The notes: generated from the sequence alone by a model not told the origin. 64,000 nt of DNA from Octopus vulgaris (GCA_951406725.2 OX597842.1:3906001-3970000), one strand, 5' to 3'; shown: positions 27,939 through 42,235, counted from the stretch's first letter. Numbers and translations: made by a program.

Positions 27939-28684
27939 TATATATATTTGCTGTAATAGTTGCATCTTTAATAAAATGTTCATAGTATGAAACAATTGTA
28001 CTAAACTACCGATCCATTCTTGTTGCTTATTTTTTGGTTATATATATATATATATATATATAGTTCAAATTTGCAGAAAACAAACGGCGAATACAGGTGA
28101 AGGAACAACAAGGAGGCGTATTAGTTTAACGCTCGGGAAGAATGTAAAAGTCTTTGATGTTCGGGAATGTGTGTGTGTGCAAATATGTTAAATTCAAGTC
28201 CTTCGTATACTATGGCCCATGCAAGTACATATCACGTAGAGGGCTCCTATTTGAAGCACGCATATATAAAATGATGGAACAAGGTTTTCACCAGCCTAAA
28301 TGTTTTGTAAAGTACACGGCCCTGCCATTCGTCTTGACCCAGAAAATCAGATAGATGTTTTATATACAGGCTCCACCTTTTGTTCATAATAAGGTACATG
28401 CAAGCACATGAGTGTACACTGTAATTTTAGGAGAAATAATTTGATATTTCTGGCAGGTTGTGTTACGATCAGCAACCCAAATGTTTTAATTTCAAGGGAA
28501 ATATCACTGCAATGTGTAGCACGTCTAGAAATAAAACTGCAGTGCGGTACCCACAGTGAAGCAAGTAGAGAAGTTGAAGTATGTCGTCGCCCTTATCCAC
28601 GAGAATTACATCTCTTGGCACACATACACACACGCACCTATATATATAGAGAGAGATATCTAGACAGATTGATATAGATAGACA

Positions 28685-28871
28685 GACTGCAGCCATGCTG
28701 GAGCACCGCCTTTAGTCGCGCAAATCGACCCCAGGACTTATTCTTTGTAAGCTTAGTACTTATTCTATCGGTCTCTTTTGACGAACCGCTAAGTCACGGG
28801 GACGCGAACACACCACCATCGGTTGTCAAGCGATGTTGGGGGACAAACACACACACACACATATATATATG

Positions 28872-28953
<82 letters not shown>

Positions 28954-29120
28954 TTCGACGGGCTTCTTTCAGTTTCCGTCTACCAAATCCACTCACAAGG
29001 CTTTGGTACGCCCGAGGCTATAGTAGAAGATACTTGCCCAAGATTCCACGCAGTGGGAATGAACCCGAAACCATGTGGCTGATAAGCAAGATACTTACCA
29101 CACAGTCACTCCTACGCCTA
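28685..29120 (-). mobile_element. SINE family A
   Basis: Matches the family consensus, with an internal (TA)n tract. Confidence 0.85.
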
Positions 29121-29373
29121 TATAGATAGATATTTAAAATTAATATTCAATTTTTCATCCTTATTATTTTAAATTTAAATATGAATAACCATGTTCTCTA
29201 ACCGGCAAAATTCACAGCAGAGAATTATTTTCTGCAGAAATATTTCCGGTATTTTGGCGCGCCAAAACGAAGACTTTTGAAATATAACCCCAAATGTAAT
29301 TGGTAGAACTATATGCATGTTCAATCAATGCAGACTTCACGTGTATAGTTCTGCATATTATTTTGCTACGACG

Positions 29374-29445
29374 ATCACACTGATGAATTACGGACATTTA
29401 CGTAAGTAATTACGTAAGTGGTAACAATGAAATCGGGTTTGTGAT
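29374..29445 (+). ncRNA. Type I hammerhead motif, extended stem II
   Basis: ATCACA-CTGATGA-ATT..CATTTACGTAA/TTACGTAAGTG..AAT-GAAAT-CGG-GTT-TGTGAT. Confidence 0.65.
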
Positions 29446-29604
29446 GAATCTGTATATTTTGTATCTTTTCATTTGTCTTGCTCGTTTATTTTCTGGCTTT
29501 AGCTGAATTTTCTTGAGAACAATCTTTTCTTAGTGGTAAGACCATAGGGGGTCTACTTCCAACATATTAGATGTCCACTTAGTGATCATCTCTCTTGTAT
29601 GTAT

Positions 29605-29693
<89 letters not shown>

Positions 29694-30039
29694 TGTGTGT
29701 GTATATATATATTCATATATTTGTAAGTATGTGTGTTTTTGCTTTGTTTTGTTTTTTTCTTTCTGTTCGTACTCTGCCTACTACTGTCGCTGAACAACCA
29801 GAATTGATTTGTTCATATCCCCGTAACTTAGTGGTTTGGCGAAAGATATCGATAGTTCTGGCGTCGGACTTGAAGAGATTTGTAAATACTGGTGCTGTCT
29901 GAAACCACCAGTATTTACCAACTTCTTCGCGAATCACCCGACAAACAATAGTCATACAAAACACCGGACGGGCAAGTATTGTAAGTAGCCCCACCCCTCC
30001 AACTGACTTACAACCAGCCCCATAAATCATACACACAGG

Positions 30040-30161
<122 letters not shown>

Positions 30162-30228
30162 ATAGATAGATATTTGTGTGTGTGTATTTATACACACACA
30201 CATATATATATACATATACATATCTATA

Positions 30229-30313
<85 letters not shown>

Positions 30314-30415
30314 TATATAGAGGGCATTATTTACACATAAATGCCACACGCTAGGAGGGACTTTTCACGCTAACTACCTGATAATTTCTTATTAAGATTT
30401 TATCCTATTTTTTAA

Positions 30416-30469
<54 letters not shown>

Positions 30470-30548
30470 CCATATATAAATGCACACACATATATACATA
30501 CATATACACACATACATACATACATACATACATACATACATACATACA

Positions 30549-30580
<32 letters not shown>

Positions 30581-30620
30581 CATATACATATGCATATATA
30601 TATATATATATATATATACA

Positions 30621-30807
30621 TTTATTATATAGAAGGAGCTTCTACAGGACTAGAACTGTTTCATTCAAGAGAAATCATCAGGAAGCTAGTTAACAAGAAT
30701 TGTATTGGCATTTATAAATGCCAATACAATTCTTGTTAACTAGCTTCCTGGTGATTTCTCTTGAATGAAACAGTTCTAGTCCTGTAAAGCTCCTTCTATA
30801 TAATAAA
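30621..30807. repeat. Near-perfect 187-bp palindrome without spacer, in (TA)n
   Basis: Arms mirror around TTTA|TAAA at 30714/30715. Confidence 0.95.
30637..30687 (-). ncRNA. Type I hammerhead ribozyme motif
   Basis: AGCTTC-CTGATGA-TTTC-TCTT-GAAT-GAAA-CAG-TTCTAGTC-CTG-TA-GAAGCT. The mirrored + copy (30742-30791) has CTGGTGA and a 1-nt deletion. Confidence 0.78.
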
Positions 30808-31472
30808 TTAATTTTACTCTGCCATGTATTGAGTACCTTATTTACTGTGGTTAACCCCGAATCAACCCGGGACCTACATATATATATATATACATATATA
30901 TATATGAATGTATGTATATATGTACGTATGTATGTCTATAAACGAACAATTCACGCTGGATGAATGGTTATCTAGGGATGATGGTAAAGTGCTGTGGTGG
31001 GTTGTCAGTGCATCGGCGGAGATGGTCACAGTTTTTGTATGTGTCCTGTATTATTCAAACTAGAGAGATACGAGATCCACCCTTATCTCTCTTGCTGGTG
31101 GTAGTAATGACGATGGCGGTGGCGGCAGGTGCGGCGGAGATGGTGGTAATGGTAGTGGTGGTGGTGGTGGTGGTGGTGGTAGTGGTGGTTTCGGTGACGA
31201 TGGTGGGTGGGGGATTCTATTGTCATATTTGCTCTAATTATAGTCATGTTGTACTATTGCTGCTACTGCTGCCACTGCTACTTCTGCTAGCGTTCTTATT
31301 TTTGTTTTATGCTGTTTAACGTTTGCATGCGGGTGCATATAGATCCACCCGTATTTATCTATCTCTCTAACTACCTGTCTGTCTATTTATCTATCATTCT
31401 CTCTCTCTCTTTATATATATACATATATGTAAATATATATATATATACATATATATACACACACACACACAC

Positions 31473-31527
<55 letters not shown>

Positions 31528-31974
31528 GACACACGCACACCTATTCTTTGGATCTTGTGAGTGTCGTAGGGAGCGTGCGTGCACGTGAATACATACATAC
31601 ATACATGCTATATATATGCATGTATGTGTGTATATATAAACATATCTATATATAGAAATGTATGTGTATATATATATATATATATATATACATACATACA
31701 TACATACATACATGCATGCATACATACATACATATACATATATATATATATATATATGTACAAACATCTACAACTGGTCTTCAGTGGGATACAAGTCAAG
31801 TGCGTGCGTCTGCGTGTGTATACGCGTATATAATACACAAACACACACACACACACACACACATACACACATACATACAGTCTCTAGTGGGACATGATGT
31901 TAATGCACACGTCCCGCTATATAGATATATATCAACGTGTGTGTATGTATATATATATACATACACATTTGTAT

Positions 31975-32005
<31 letters not shown>

Positions 32006-32226
32006 TATATTCACGCGCGCGCACAGACGCACCATGGTAGGACGTTATGAAAGCTCCCTCATTACACGGACCAATCCCAATCGCAGTGAAAAACCTGACA
32101 ATGAAATCTCTTTAATAGAACCAAACAAAGAGCTTTACGTTTTTTGAAGACCAGCGGAAATAGCTGAATAAAGAGACTGTTAGTGGGGAGAATAACAACA
32201 GCAACAATAATAATAATAATGATAAC

Positions 32227-32296
<70 letters not shown>

Positions 32297-32299
<3 letters not shown>

Positions 32300-32316
32300 G
32301 ATAATAATGATGATGA

Positions 32317-32350
<34 letters not shown>

Positions 32351-32471
32351 GGTAGTGATGATGATGATGATAATGATCATCATGGTGATGATGATGATGA
32401 TGATGATTATGACGATGATGATGATGATGCTGATGATGGTGATGATGGTGATGATGATGATGATAATGATA

Positions 32472-32519
<48 letters not shown>

Positions 32520-32669
32520 ATGACGATGATGATGATGATGATGGTGATGATGGTGATGATGGTGATGATGATGATGGTGATGATGGTAATGATGATGATG
32601 ATGCTGATGATGATGATGATGGTGATGATGATGGTGGTGATGATGGTGATGGTGATGATGATGATGATA

Positions 32670-32717
<48 letters not shown>

Positions 32718-32814
32718 ATGACGATGATGATGATGATGGTGATGATGGTGATGATGATGATGATGCTGATGATGATGATGATGGTGATGATGATGGTGGT
32801 GATGATGGTGATGG

Positions 32815-32855
<41 letters not shown>

Positions 32856-33055
32856 ATAACGATGATGATGATGATGGGGATGATGGTGATGATGGTGATG
32901 ATGATGATGAAGATGATGAAGATGGGGATGATGGTGATGATGGTGATGATGATGGTGATGATGATGATGATGATTATGACGATGATGATGATGATGATGG
33001 TGATGATGGTGATGATGGTGATGATGATGTTGATGATGGTAGTGGTGATGCTGAT
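32297..33055. repeat. (GAT)n/(GGT)n compound microsatellite
   Basis: ~750 bp of GAT with GGT, GCT and TATGAC interruptions. Confidence 0.95.
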
Positions 33056-33056
33056 G

Positions 33057-33780
33057 TCTTGTATTGGCCGCTAGGGCCCAAGACATGGAGGAAAATATCG
33101 AAGATCGAGTTACAGCACACAAAAATACAAAAACCAAAAAAAATAACAGGTGGGGTTTACCTTGATCGAATCGGGGTATTACCACATTAAAGAATATACC
33201 TGAGTATATATAATAGAAATTAGAGAAATAAATAATAAAGAAACACATAATTAGAATCCCCAATAGCAGGGCAGTCAACTCAGGGTAATCCGGGTGAGCC
33301 CCACGCAAAATCCCGGATTATTCTGCCGTTTCCAAAGCACGGGGAATTGCCCTCTTCCGGTTTCTTTTCTTTTACTTAAAAAAGCATACTCAGAGTAGAT
33401 CCATTCAGTGTCACCAGTCTTGCCACTGTTGTCCATCTTTTGGTAAATACAATAAAAGGCAGCATTTCATTTTCCTCGTCAAATCATCTTTGAAAAAATT
33501 GATGAGGGCTTGGCCACATATGAAAGTGCATGTCTTCAAACTTTTCAGGCAGGTCCACCAAACAGCCTCTTTTGCGACACCCACTAAGCAGAGAAAGATC
33601 TGCCTTCCCTCTCTGCCAAGGGAAGGGAGTGGGTCGATCTTTACTATACACTCAATAGACAGCTTAATTCGTCTTACACGTGACAACAGCTGCGCTACAC
33701 AATCTTACAACCCTCTAAAGCACGGGACACTCAATTATTCCAAGTTGGACGGTTTCGTCTCCCAGAAACGAGATTGCAAA
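33057..33780 (-). pseudogene. Tx1/L1-like LINE ORF2 C-terminus and 3' UTR remnant
   Basis: ORF 33411-33686 reads IECIVKIDPLPSLGREGRQIFLCLVGVAKEAVWWTCLK...GQALINFFK, resembling the L1/Tx1 tail after the zf-RVT domain. The 3' end abuts the microsatellite. Confidence 0.65.
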
Positions 33781-33919
33781 TAATGATGATAATAATAAGG
33801 TCTTAACAGAGACATACACATACATTTGTTAAAGTGTATAGCTTAGTGGTGTATGTTAAGGGTGAATAGCTTAGTATATCATAACACGAATGGATGAAGG
33901 TTCTCTACAGCTGTTTCGG

Positions 33920-34041
33920 ACGCGTTTTTTATCGGTGAATAATTCAGCACCTGACACACCTTCCCACAAGAGAGATCGGATCACTGCTCTTTGTCCTTCT
34001 TTGGTGCACATTCCTGGTGGAGCGGCCACGCTTACACTGAA

Positions 34042-34045
<4 letters not shown>
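33920..34045 (-). mobile_element. Mariner transposase N-terminal fragment
   Basis: VAAPPGMCTKEGQRAVIRSLLWEGVSGAEL resembles the mariner N-terminus (EQRAVIRFL..EG). Confidence 0.6.
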
Positions 34046-34119
<74 letters not shown>

Positions 34120-34619
34120 TTATATTCTTACCCTCGTGGGACCTCAAATGAAAATTAAATGTAAAAAAATTCTGTATCTTTTATATATTTTATCCTTGAA
34201 AACCGTGCAGATATATTTTTTAACGAAGGATGTTGTTGTGATACGGGGCTTCGGCACGGGCAAGAGACCCCTGGTGGTAAAGTAACAGATGCCATCGGCA
34301 GAAAAGCGACTCAAGGATATCCCGAACGCACAATGTGCGGTGACGTGTGAATAACGTATGGGTATATATGTGTACATACGCACGCATTCACACGTCCACA
34401 TAAGCATACGCACACGCATTCACCAACCAGAGATTAATTAATTACAAGGAGAGATATATACACATGCACACTTATACACACAAACTCCCTTACATATAAA
34501 AAGTGGGGAGTGAGAAACACACCAAGGTGAAGATAGATGTAAACAGATTGAAACACATGCACACGTGCACATGCATATGATAGACATATACATACATACA
34601 TACATATATATACATATAT

Positions 34620-35345
34620 ATAATTTCAGCAAAGCAATTAAGATTCAAATGAATTCAAATGAATATGGTACTTAACTTAGATGCACCAGAATTCTTTATG
34701 GTATTAACCATAAAAATATATGGGGTGATTATAGCCAAGAAAAAAGTAACAATGGATCAGTAATTCGGTACAATTGTTTCATACTGAGAACATTTTTATT
34801 TGAAGCTGCAAATAGTACAGCAAATATAATGTCCAGTATTCATCAGCCAAATCCCATATATGTTTTCCAACAATCCTAGAAAGTGTAAATATCCTTATGA
34901 AGCATTCAGAGAGAGTTCCATGACTTTGAAGTAAGGTAATAAGCAGACTTTATATGTCTTCCAACAATGCACAGTTTTTTTTAAAAAATTTTTTAAGATT
35001 ATTAAATTCTCAGAAAATGTAAATCCAACCATAAAGGTGTTGATATAAATTCCAGGAAGCATGAGGGAAGGTGTTGTTTACACTGGTTCAGTTCACATCT
35101 AACTGTTGCAGACAGAAATTTAGTAGTCGTAAAGGACAATACCTCCTATATTCATTACTACTACTAAATTTCTGTCTGCAACAGTTAGATGTAAACTGAA
35201 CCAGTGTAAACAACACCTTCCCTCATGCTTCCTGGAATTTATATCAACACCTTTATGGTTGGATTTACATTTTCTGAGAATTTAATAATCTTTAAAAAAA
35301 TTTTTTTAAAAACTGTGCATTGTTTTTTATCTCATTACGAAAATT
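34620..35345. mobile_element. Fold-back cassette in (TA)n with a ~165-bp inverted repeat
   Basis: Arms ~34963-35127 / ~35160-35323. Hammerhead at 34763-34852. Confidence 0.7.
34763..34852 (-). ncRNA. Type I hammerhead ribozyme motif, long three-segment stem II
   Basis: ATTTGG-CTGATGA-ATACTG-GACATT..GCTGTA/TGCAGC..AATGTT-CT-CAGTAT-GAAAC-AATT-GTA-CCGAAT. Confidence 0.85.
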
Positions 35346-35352
35346 TTTTTTA

Positions 35353-35510
<158 letters not shown>

Positions 35511-36414
35511 TGAGGTGGTATCAAACCGTTCCCGAACTAGTTCCGTAACTCTCCAGCAGATGGCAACACACTGTTGCGTGCACAGTGAGAGCTAGCTGTG
35601 ACTTTCATGAAGCAGTGTGCCGGGCGACATGGCTGTGTTTGCTTCGCAAGTTGCGAAATTTGTGTTTTTGAGATCACGTGTATGCTGTAGTCTGCGATCT
35701 TGTCTTGGACAGAAACAAAGAAGCAACGTGAAATTTTGCGCTAAGCTTAAGAATTTTGCCTCAGAGACATTGAGCCTGCTTCGGTAAGTTCACAGCAATG
35801 ATATAATGGGTCGTACAAATGCTTCGAGTGCCACGGACGCTGCAAATGCTGAAGAACCTACCTGGAAGACGATGAGCGATTTGGAAGACCTGCCATGCGC
35901 GTCACTCCCGGAAATGTATTATTGTGCTTTGAGGATTCACCCCGTACGGCCAGACCGCTGATCAGGAGTTCTACTGCGACGTTTTGAAACGTCTGAGGGA
36001 AGACATTCTGTAGAAGTGACTGAATCTGTGCAACACGAAGAATTGTATTTGTCACGACACCAATGCAGCCAGTCACCGAGATTTCCTCACTTATGAGTTT
36101 CTCGCCCAAAACAACATGCTGTAGCTTCCGCACTCGCCCTATTGGCCATATTTAGCCTCTGCAGACTTCCATCTCTTCCCCCACGATGAAAATGCAGCGC
36201 AAAGGTCGCCTTTTTTACACGGTTGTTGAAATTCAGAGCGAATCGCAGAAGATCCTCGACTCACTAACAGAATACGACTTCCGGCCGGATTCCAAAAGTG
36301 ACAGGAACACTGGGACTGGTGTAGTGCTGCGCAAGGTGATTATTTCGAAGGAGATAATGTTAAAACTTAAGGTACTAAACGTACCCCTGGCCTGAGAACC
36401 TTTTGATACCATCA
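35511..36414 (+). mobile_element. Internally deleted mariner with both ITRs
   Basis: TA-flanked TGAGGTGGTATCAAA / TTTGATACCATCA. Decayed transposase fragments (VKFCAKL, LEDDERFGRP, LASADFHLFP). Confidence 0.85.
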
Positions 36415-36423
36415 TATTATATA

Positions 36424-36750
36424 AGGCGGACTATAGGTGTGTCTGTGTGGTAAGAAGTTTGCTTCCCAACCACATTGTTTCGGGTTCAGTTCTACTCCGT
36501 GGCACTTTGGAAAGTTTCTCCTACTATAGCCTCGGGCCAACCAAAGCCTACTGAGTGGATTTGGTAGACGGAAACAACCGGTGTTGGTGTGGTTACGCTC
36601 CCGTAGCTTAGCGCTTCAGCATAAGAGAGCCTAGAATAAGTATTGGCTTCAAAGAAAACCATTGGAGTCGATTCATTCGACAAAAAATATTTCAAGGCTA
36701 TGCTCCAACAAGGCCGCAGTCTAATGACTAAAATAAGTAAAAGATAAAAG
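36424..36750 (+). mobile_element. SINE family A, degenerate
   Basis: Head and tail motifs of the family. Confidence 0.75.
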
Positions 36751-37045
36751 ATACGTGTACAGAAATATACACAAATATACATATATACACCCACGTACGT
36801 TCATACATACACAAAGATATGCATAAGCACATATGTATAAACATACGTACATACGCACTACAAATATACCTAAACACACATACATATACATATTTACACA
36901 TACGTACATGTACATATATACACATATATACAAACATATATATACATATCCCATATATGTACATAATTCCACACATACAACCACATGCATTCATACATAC
37001 ACGCATACAGAACCATATGCTTAAGCACACTCATATATATATATG

Positions 37046-37089
<44 letters not shown>

Positions 37090-37130
37090 ATTATATATAT
37101 TTCATATATATATATGTGTGTGTGTATATA

Positions 37131-37505
<375 letters not shown>

Positions 37506-37599
37506 TATACGTATATATATATAAATATATGTATATATATATATACATATATATACGTATATATATATATATATATAAATATGTGTATATATATATACG

Positions 37600-37637
<38 letters not shown>

Positions 37638-38261
37638 TATATGTATATATGTATATATACATATATATATATACATGTATATATATATGCATACATATAT
37701 GCACTCACACTGCACATACTTACGTACATACAATTTCACACATATACACAAACCTGCCTACAAACACCCTTTTTAACACATGCATATACATACACTTCGT
37801 TACATGCATATACACACATTTAATGACATACATGCACACATACGTACAACCTTACCAACATACATACATATGCAAACATACCCAATTATACCCATATATA
37901 CATCCATGTAGATATATAAACTGACAGTTAGATCCACCCGGTAATTTAAACTTTAAGAACAACACCCCACCCCTCCTTTACCCAACTGGGTTTGAACTCG
38001 TTAACTTCCCGCCTTAAAGACATCATGCTGTGGTGGTGGCCATGGCTAGGATGACACATATCTGCTCTAGATATATAATATGTCATATAATAAACATACA
38101 AATATACTCTGGTATGTGCACCCATCTACACACTCGTATACGCACTTATACGCATGCTCACAAACATACGCGACTCATGAGTGTGAGGCGGGGTGTATAT
38201 AGGTATACGAGTATATATGCTTATATATGTATATATATGTATATATATGCATGTATATTTG

Positions 38262-38292
<31 letters not shown>

Positions 38293-38945
38293 CCATCTAT
38301 ACTCGCACACATACTGATATTCATACGCATACACAAACACACACTTATTTATGTGTATATATATGTATTTATATGTATGTATGTGTGTGTGTAAAGAGAG
38401 AGAGAGATAATTATATATACGCGTGCATGTGACTAAATGCAAATATATACATAGGCTTGTGGTAAGAAGTCTGTTTCCGAACCACATGGTTCTGGGATCG
38501 ATCCCATTGTGTGACACCTTGGGCAAGTCTGTTTTCTCTACACAGTAACTGCAAGAAGCCTCTCGTAAATGTGTGTGTGTATGTGTGTGTGTGTGTACAT
38601 ACACACATGGTGGTGCTGCAGCATGGCCGCAGCCGCATGACTGCAACGAGTAAAAGAGTGTGTGTGTGCATGTGCGCGAATGTGTGTTTGTGTGTATTTG
38701 CGGGTATATGTGTTTGCGTGTGTGTGTATATGAGTAAGTATCTATGTTTGTAGATGTATGTATATAAGTGTACATATATGTGAGTGTAGGTCCTTGTGTC
38801 TGTGTTTGCTCCCCATCACCTCTTGAAACCCGTTGTTGGTGTGTTTACGTTCCTGTTAGTAGCTGTTCGGCAAAAAAATAAGTACTAAAAGTCTAATAAC
38901 TGGAACAACTAAAAAATAAGAAATAGCATATATTCATACATATAC

Positions 38946-39026
<81 letters not shown>

Positions 39027-39639
39027 CATTACCGATACCACTTGCTTTATGTATGTTTTGTTTGTGCGCTTACTGGCTGTGGGATTCATCGAGAAGTCTT
39101 TTCAAGATATCGAATGTTAAAAACACTGCCTACCTCGAACCAGACGAAACCAATCACCCTGTAGGTGAATGAGAACGGTGGTTATCGATATATCGCTGTT
39201 ATTTGAAGTCATTTGCACTGTATACTCGAGTCACCTCGAAACGATTTCGAATCTCTGAGCTGAGTTACCTTCATTCAGAAAGCATAAAACATATCTACTG
39301 ATGCGCAGCACTGCTGTTCAAGCAGAACAAAATAAAGATTTGAATTAGAAACATCTCTCATAGCGTAAATATTATTGATGTTACATAATGCAGATGTTTT
39401 GTTCATGCGCTTATTGGCTGGGGTAATCCTGCTGCTGTGTTGTCTCGTTGCCCTGTCTATCCATCTATTTTTCTCTCTTTTTCTCTGGCTGTGGTGAGAT
39501 GCTCGCTTCCCAACCACATGATTCTGGGTTCAATTCCCCTGCGTAGCACCTTGGTCAGCCTGGGGCTATAGTAGAAGGCCTTTGCCCAAAATGCCATGAA
39601 GTGGAAGCGTTAAGTTAAAATGACGTGGCTACAAAGCGA

Positions 39640-40085
39640 GATTTAGGAAAGCTCTGAAGAAGGCCAAGCTCAACATTAAGATCGTCGAAAATCCAGGGAG
39701 TACGTCCTGCATAGTCGTGATCTGATGGAGCTCCCTGGCTTTTCAACGATCTTAATGATAACTGTATGGTATGTAGGATTAACCCAAGCATTAACTGTAG
39801 AACAGTATAAGGTGCATAGAAGGTGCTTGTAAAGACAAGAACATGATATACATACGTGAGACATCGAGGAGCATTGCAGAGAGACTAAGTGAATATTTGA
39901 AGCAATATAACGACAAAAATCGGCCCTCAATACTCCACCAACACACCAAGGACCAACATGGAGGCAACCTGGGCCAACTTGACATCTGCATTTTTTTCCA
40001 AGCACCCGAAAGACCAAACACTCAATCAAATACAGTAATACGTCCTCATAAATGAAATATCCCCAGTACTAAATAGGAAATATAA
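39640..40085 (+). pseudogene. Penelope-like retroelement fragment: Cys-rich linker plus GIY-YIG endonuclease
   Basis: RKALKKAKLNIKIVENPG..NCMVCRINPSINCRT..CIEGACKDKNMIYIRETSRSIAERLSEY..SILHQHTKDQH, matching the YIGET-R-R-EH / S..H...H pattern. Frameshifted. Confidence 0.85.
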
Positions 40086-40112
40086 GTAGTAGATAATCAC
40101 ACACCACACCCA

Positions 40113-40177
<65 letters not shown>

Positions 40178-40191
40178 TGTATGTATGTATG

Positions 40192-40231
<40 letters not shown>

Positions 40232-40365
40232 AAAATAGTAAAGAGTGAAAAAACGACAGAAGGCTTAAATGTTAAAGAATATATATATTTGCGTCAATAT
40301 GTCTGGAGAATATTGGAAAAAATTTTTTTTCCCTCCCTTATAATGACATAATTTTATAATTTTTA

Positions 40366-40404
40366 AAGAAAGACCGGTTTCGCATTTAGCTCTTCAAATT
40401 TCTT
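40366..40404 (-). ncRNA. Minimal hammerhead motif, degenerate
   Basis: AAGAAA-T-TTGAAGA-GC-TAAAT-GC-GAAAC-CG-GTC-TTTCTT. Confidence 0.6.
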
Positions 40405-41298
40405 GCGACGTAATGTTTATCTTTAATAGCGTTATCCTTGTTTTTTTGCTACGGAGAGTAGAATATTTAGTGGGCTGTTATGTAGACGTATGTATGTGTG
40501 TATATGCGTATATACAAGTATATGCATATGTATATAGGTAAATGGATATGAATGTAAACAGATAGATAGGTACATAGATAATATGAACAGACAAGCACAC
40601 ATACACACATACATACACACATACATACACACATACATACATACGTACATACATCATATACATACATACACACATACATACGTACGTACATACATACATA
40701 CATACATACAAACATACATTCATGCGATGGGCTTCCACACAGTCTCCGTCAGCCCGGGGCTATTGTAGAAGGAACTTGCCCAAATTGCCATGAAATGAGA
40801 CTGGACCCAAAATGACGTGGTTAGAAAGCGAACTTCTTAAACCCACATTGTCTATTTGAACAACAGCAATATAAACTTCTTCTCAGCACAGTTTATCTAG
40901 GACTACATTCTCCAATGTACATATTCCTTTATCATTTCAACACGATATAATTTGAGAAAGATTTGGCTGCTATTTCTAGCAAGATACGATGCTCGGTGGA
41001 AACGGGCTTCATTGAGATTGATAACGATTTAGAAGATGAAGGAGAGTTTCGGCGTTTCTCAACGAAGTGGAACGGTTTCCACCGAGATTCAACGGAGAAT
41101 CAAAACGAGGTCATCTACAAGGGTCAACGAAAATTAGTTTCCTTCTAGGAAGTTCGACGTTAAATATACATCCAATTTATGGTCACACACATTCCGCTGG
41201 CAAATTGGTGTACGCACTCGAGTGTGCGTGTGTGTGTGTATGTGTGAGTATATGTATGTGTGATTATGTGTGTGTTTGTACGCATATACATTTCTATG

Positions 41299-41343
<45 letters not shown>

Positions 41344-41441
41344 GCATACACACATTGACAAATATCTATTTATATATATATACATACACATACACACATA
41401 CATACACACACACATATATATATACATACACACATACATAT

Positions 41442-41484
<43 letters not shown>

Positions 41485-41517
41485 TATATACACACATACA
41501 CATATACACATACATTT

Positions 41518-41571
<54 letters not shown>

Positions 41572-41593
41572 ACATACACATACATTGACAAAT

Positions 41594-41674
<81 letters not shown>

Positions 41675-41682
41675 CATTGAAA

Positions 41683-41726
<44 letters not shown>

Positions 41727-41839
41727 ATATATATATACATACATACACATACATTGACAAATATATATATATATATATATATACACATACACAAATATAC
41801 AGGACACATATTTATACTGAGGGAGTAAGAGAGAAAGTC

Positions 41840-41891
41840 AGAGTGCTCGCCTGCCACGCGGATGGCCCGAGTTCGATTCCAGGTCAATGCA
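41840..41891 (+). pseudogene. 5'-truncated tRNA-Gly(GCC) fragment
   Basis: CTCGCCTGCCACGCGG anticodon arm, GTTCGATTCC T-loop and CAATGCA 3' acceptor strand. The 5' acceptor strand and D-arm are missing. Confidence 0.8.
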
Positions 41892-41907
41892 ATAGTATTT
41901 ATTTATA

Positions 41908-42235
41908 GGCGCAGGTGTGGCTGTGGGGTAAGAAGCTTACTTCCCAAGTACATTGTTCCGGGTACAGTCCCATTGCGTGACAACTTGGGTAAATGTTTTC
42001 TACTATGGCCTCCGGCCGACAAGACCCTTGTGATTGGATTTGGTAGGCGGAAACTGAAAGAAGCCTATCGTATATATATATCTTTGTGTGTGTGTGCCTG
42101 TGGTTGTTCCCCCCTCCATCGCTTGACGACAATTGTTGGTGTGTTTACGTCCCTGTATCTTAGCGGTTCGGTAAAAGCGACCGACAGGATAACTACTAGG
42201 TTTAAAAAGAAGTCCTGGGTTGGATTTTTCATTCG
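41908..42235 (+). mobile_element. SINE family A
   Basis: GGCGCAGGTGTGGCTGTGG head and family body. Confidence 0.85.

Noticed and set aside
32112-33308. 398-aa poly-His ORF and 335-aa poly-Asp ORF
   Set aside because: They derive from the (GAT)n tract plus a LINE 3' UTR. There is no splice or codon evidence for a real gene.
39654-39710. CTGAAGA...GAAA
   Set aside because: It lies within the PLE coding frame (ALKKAK) and has no stems.
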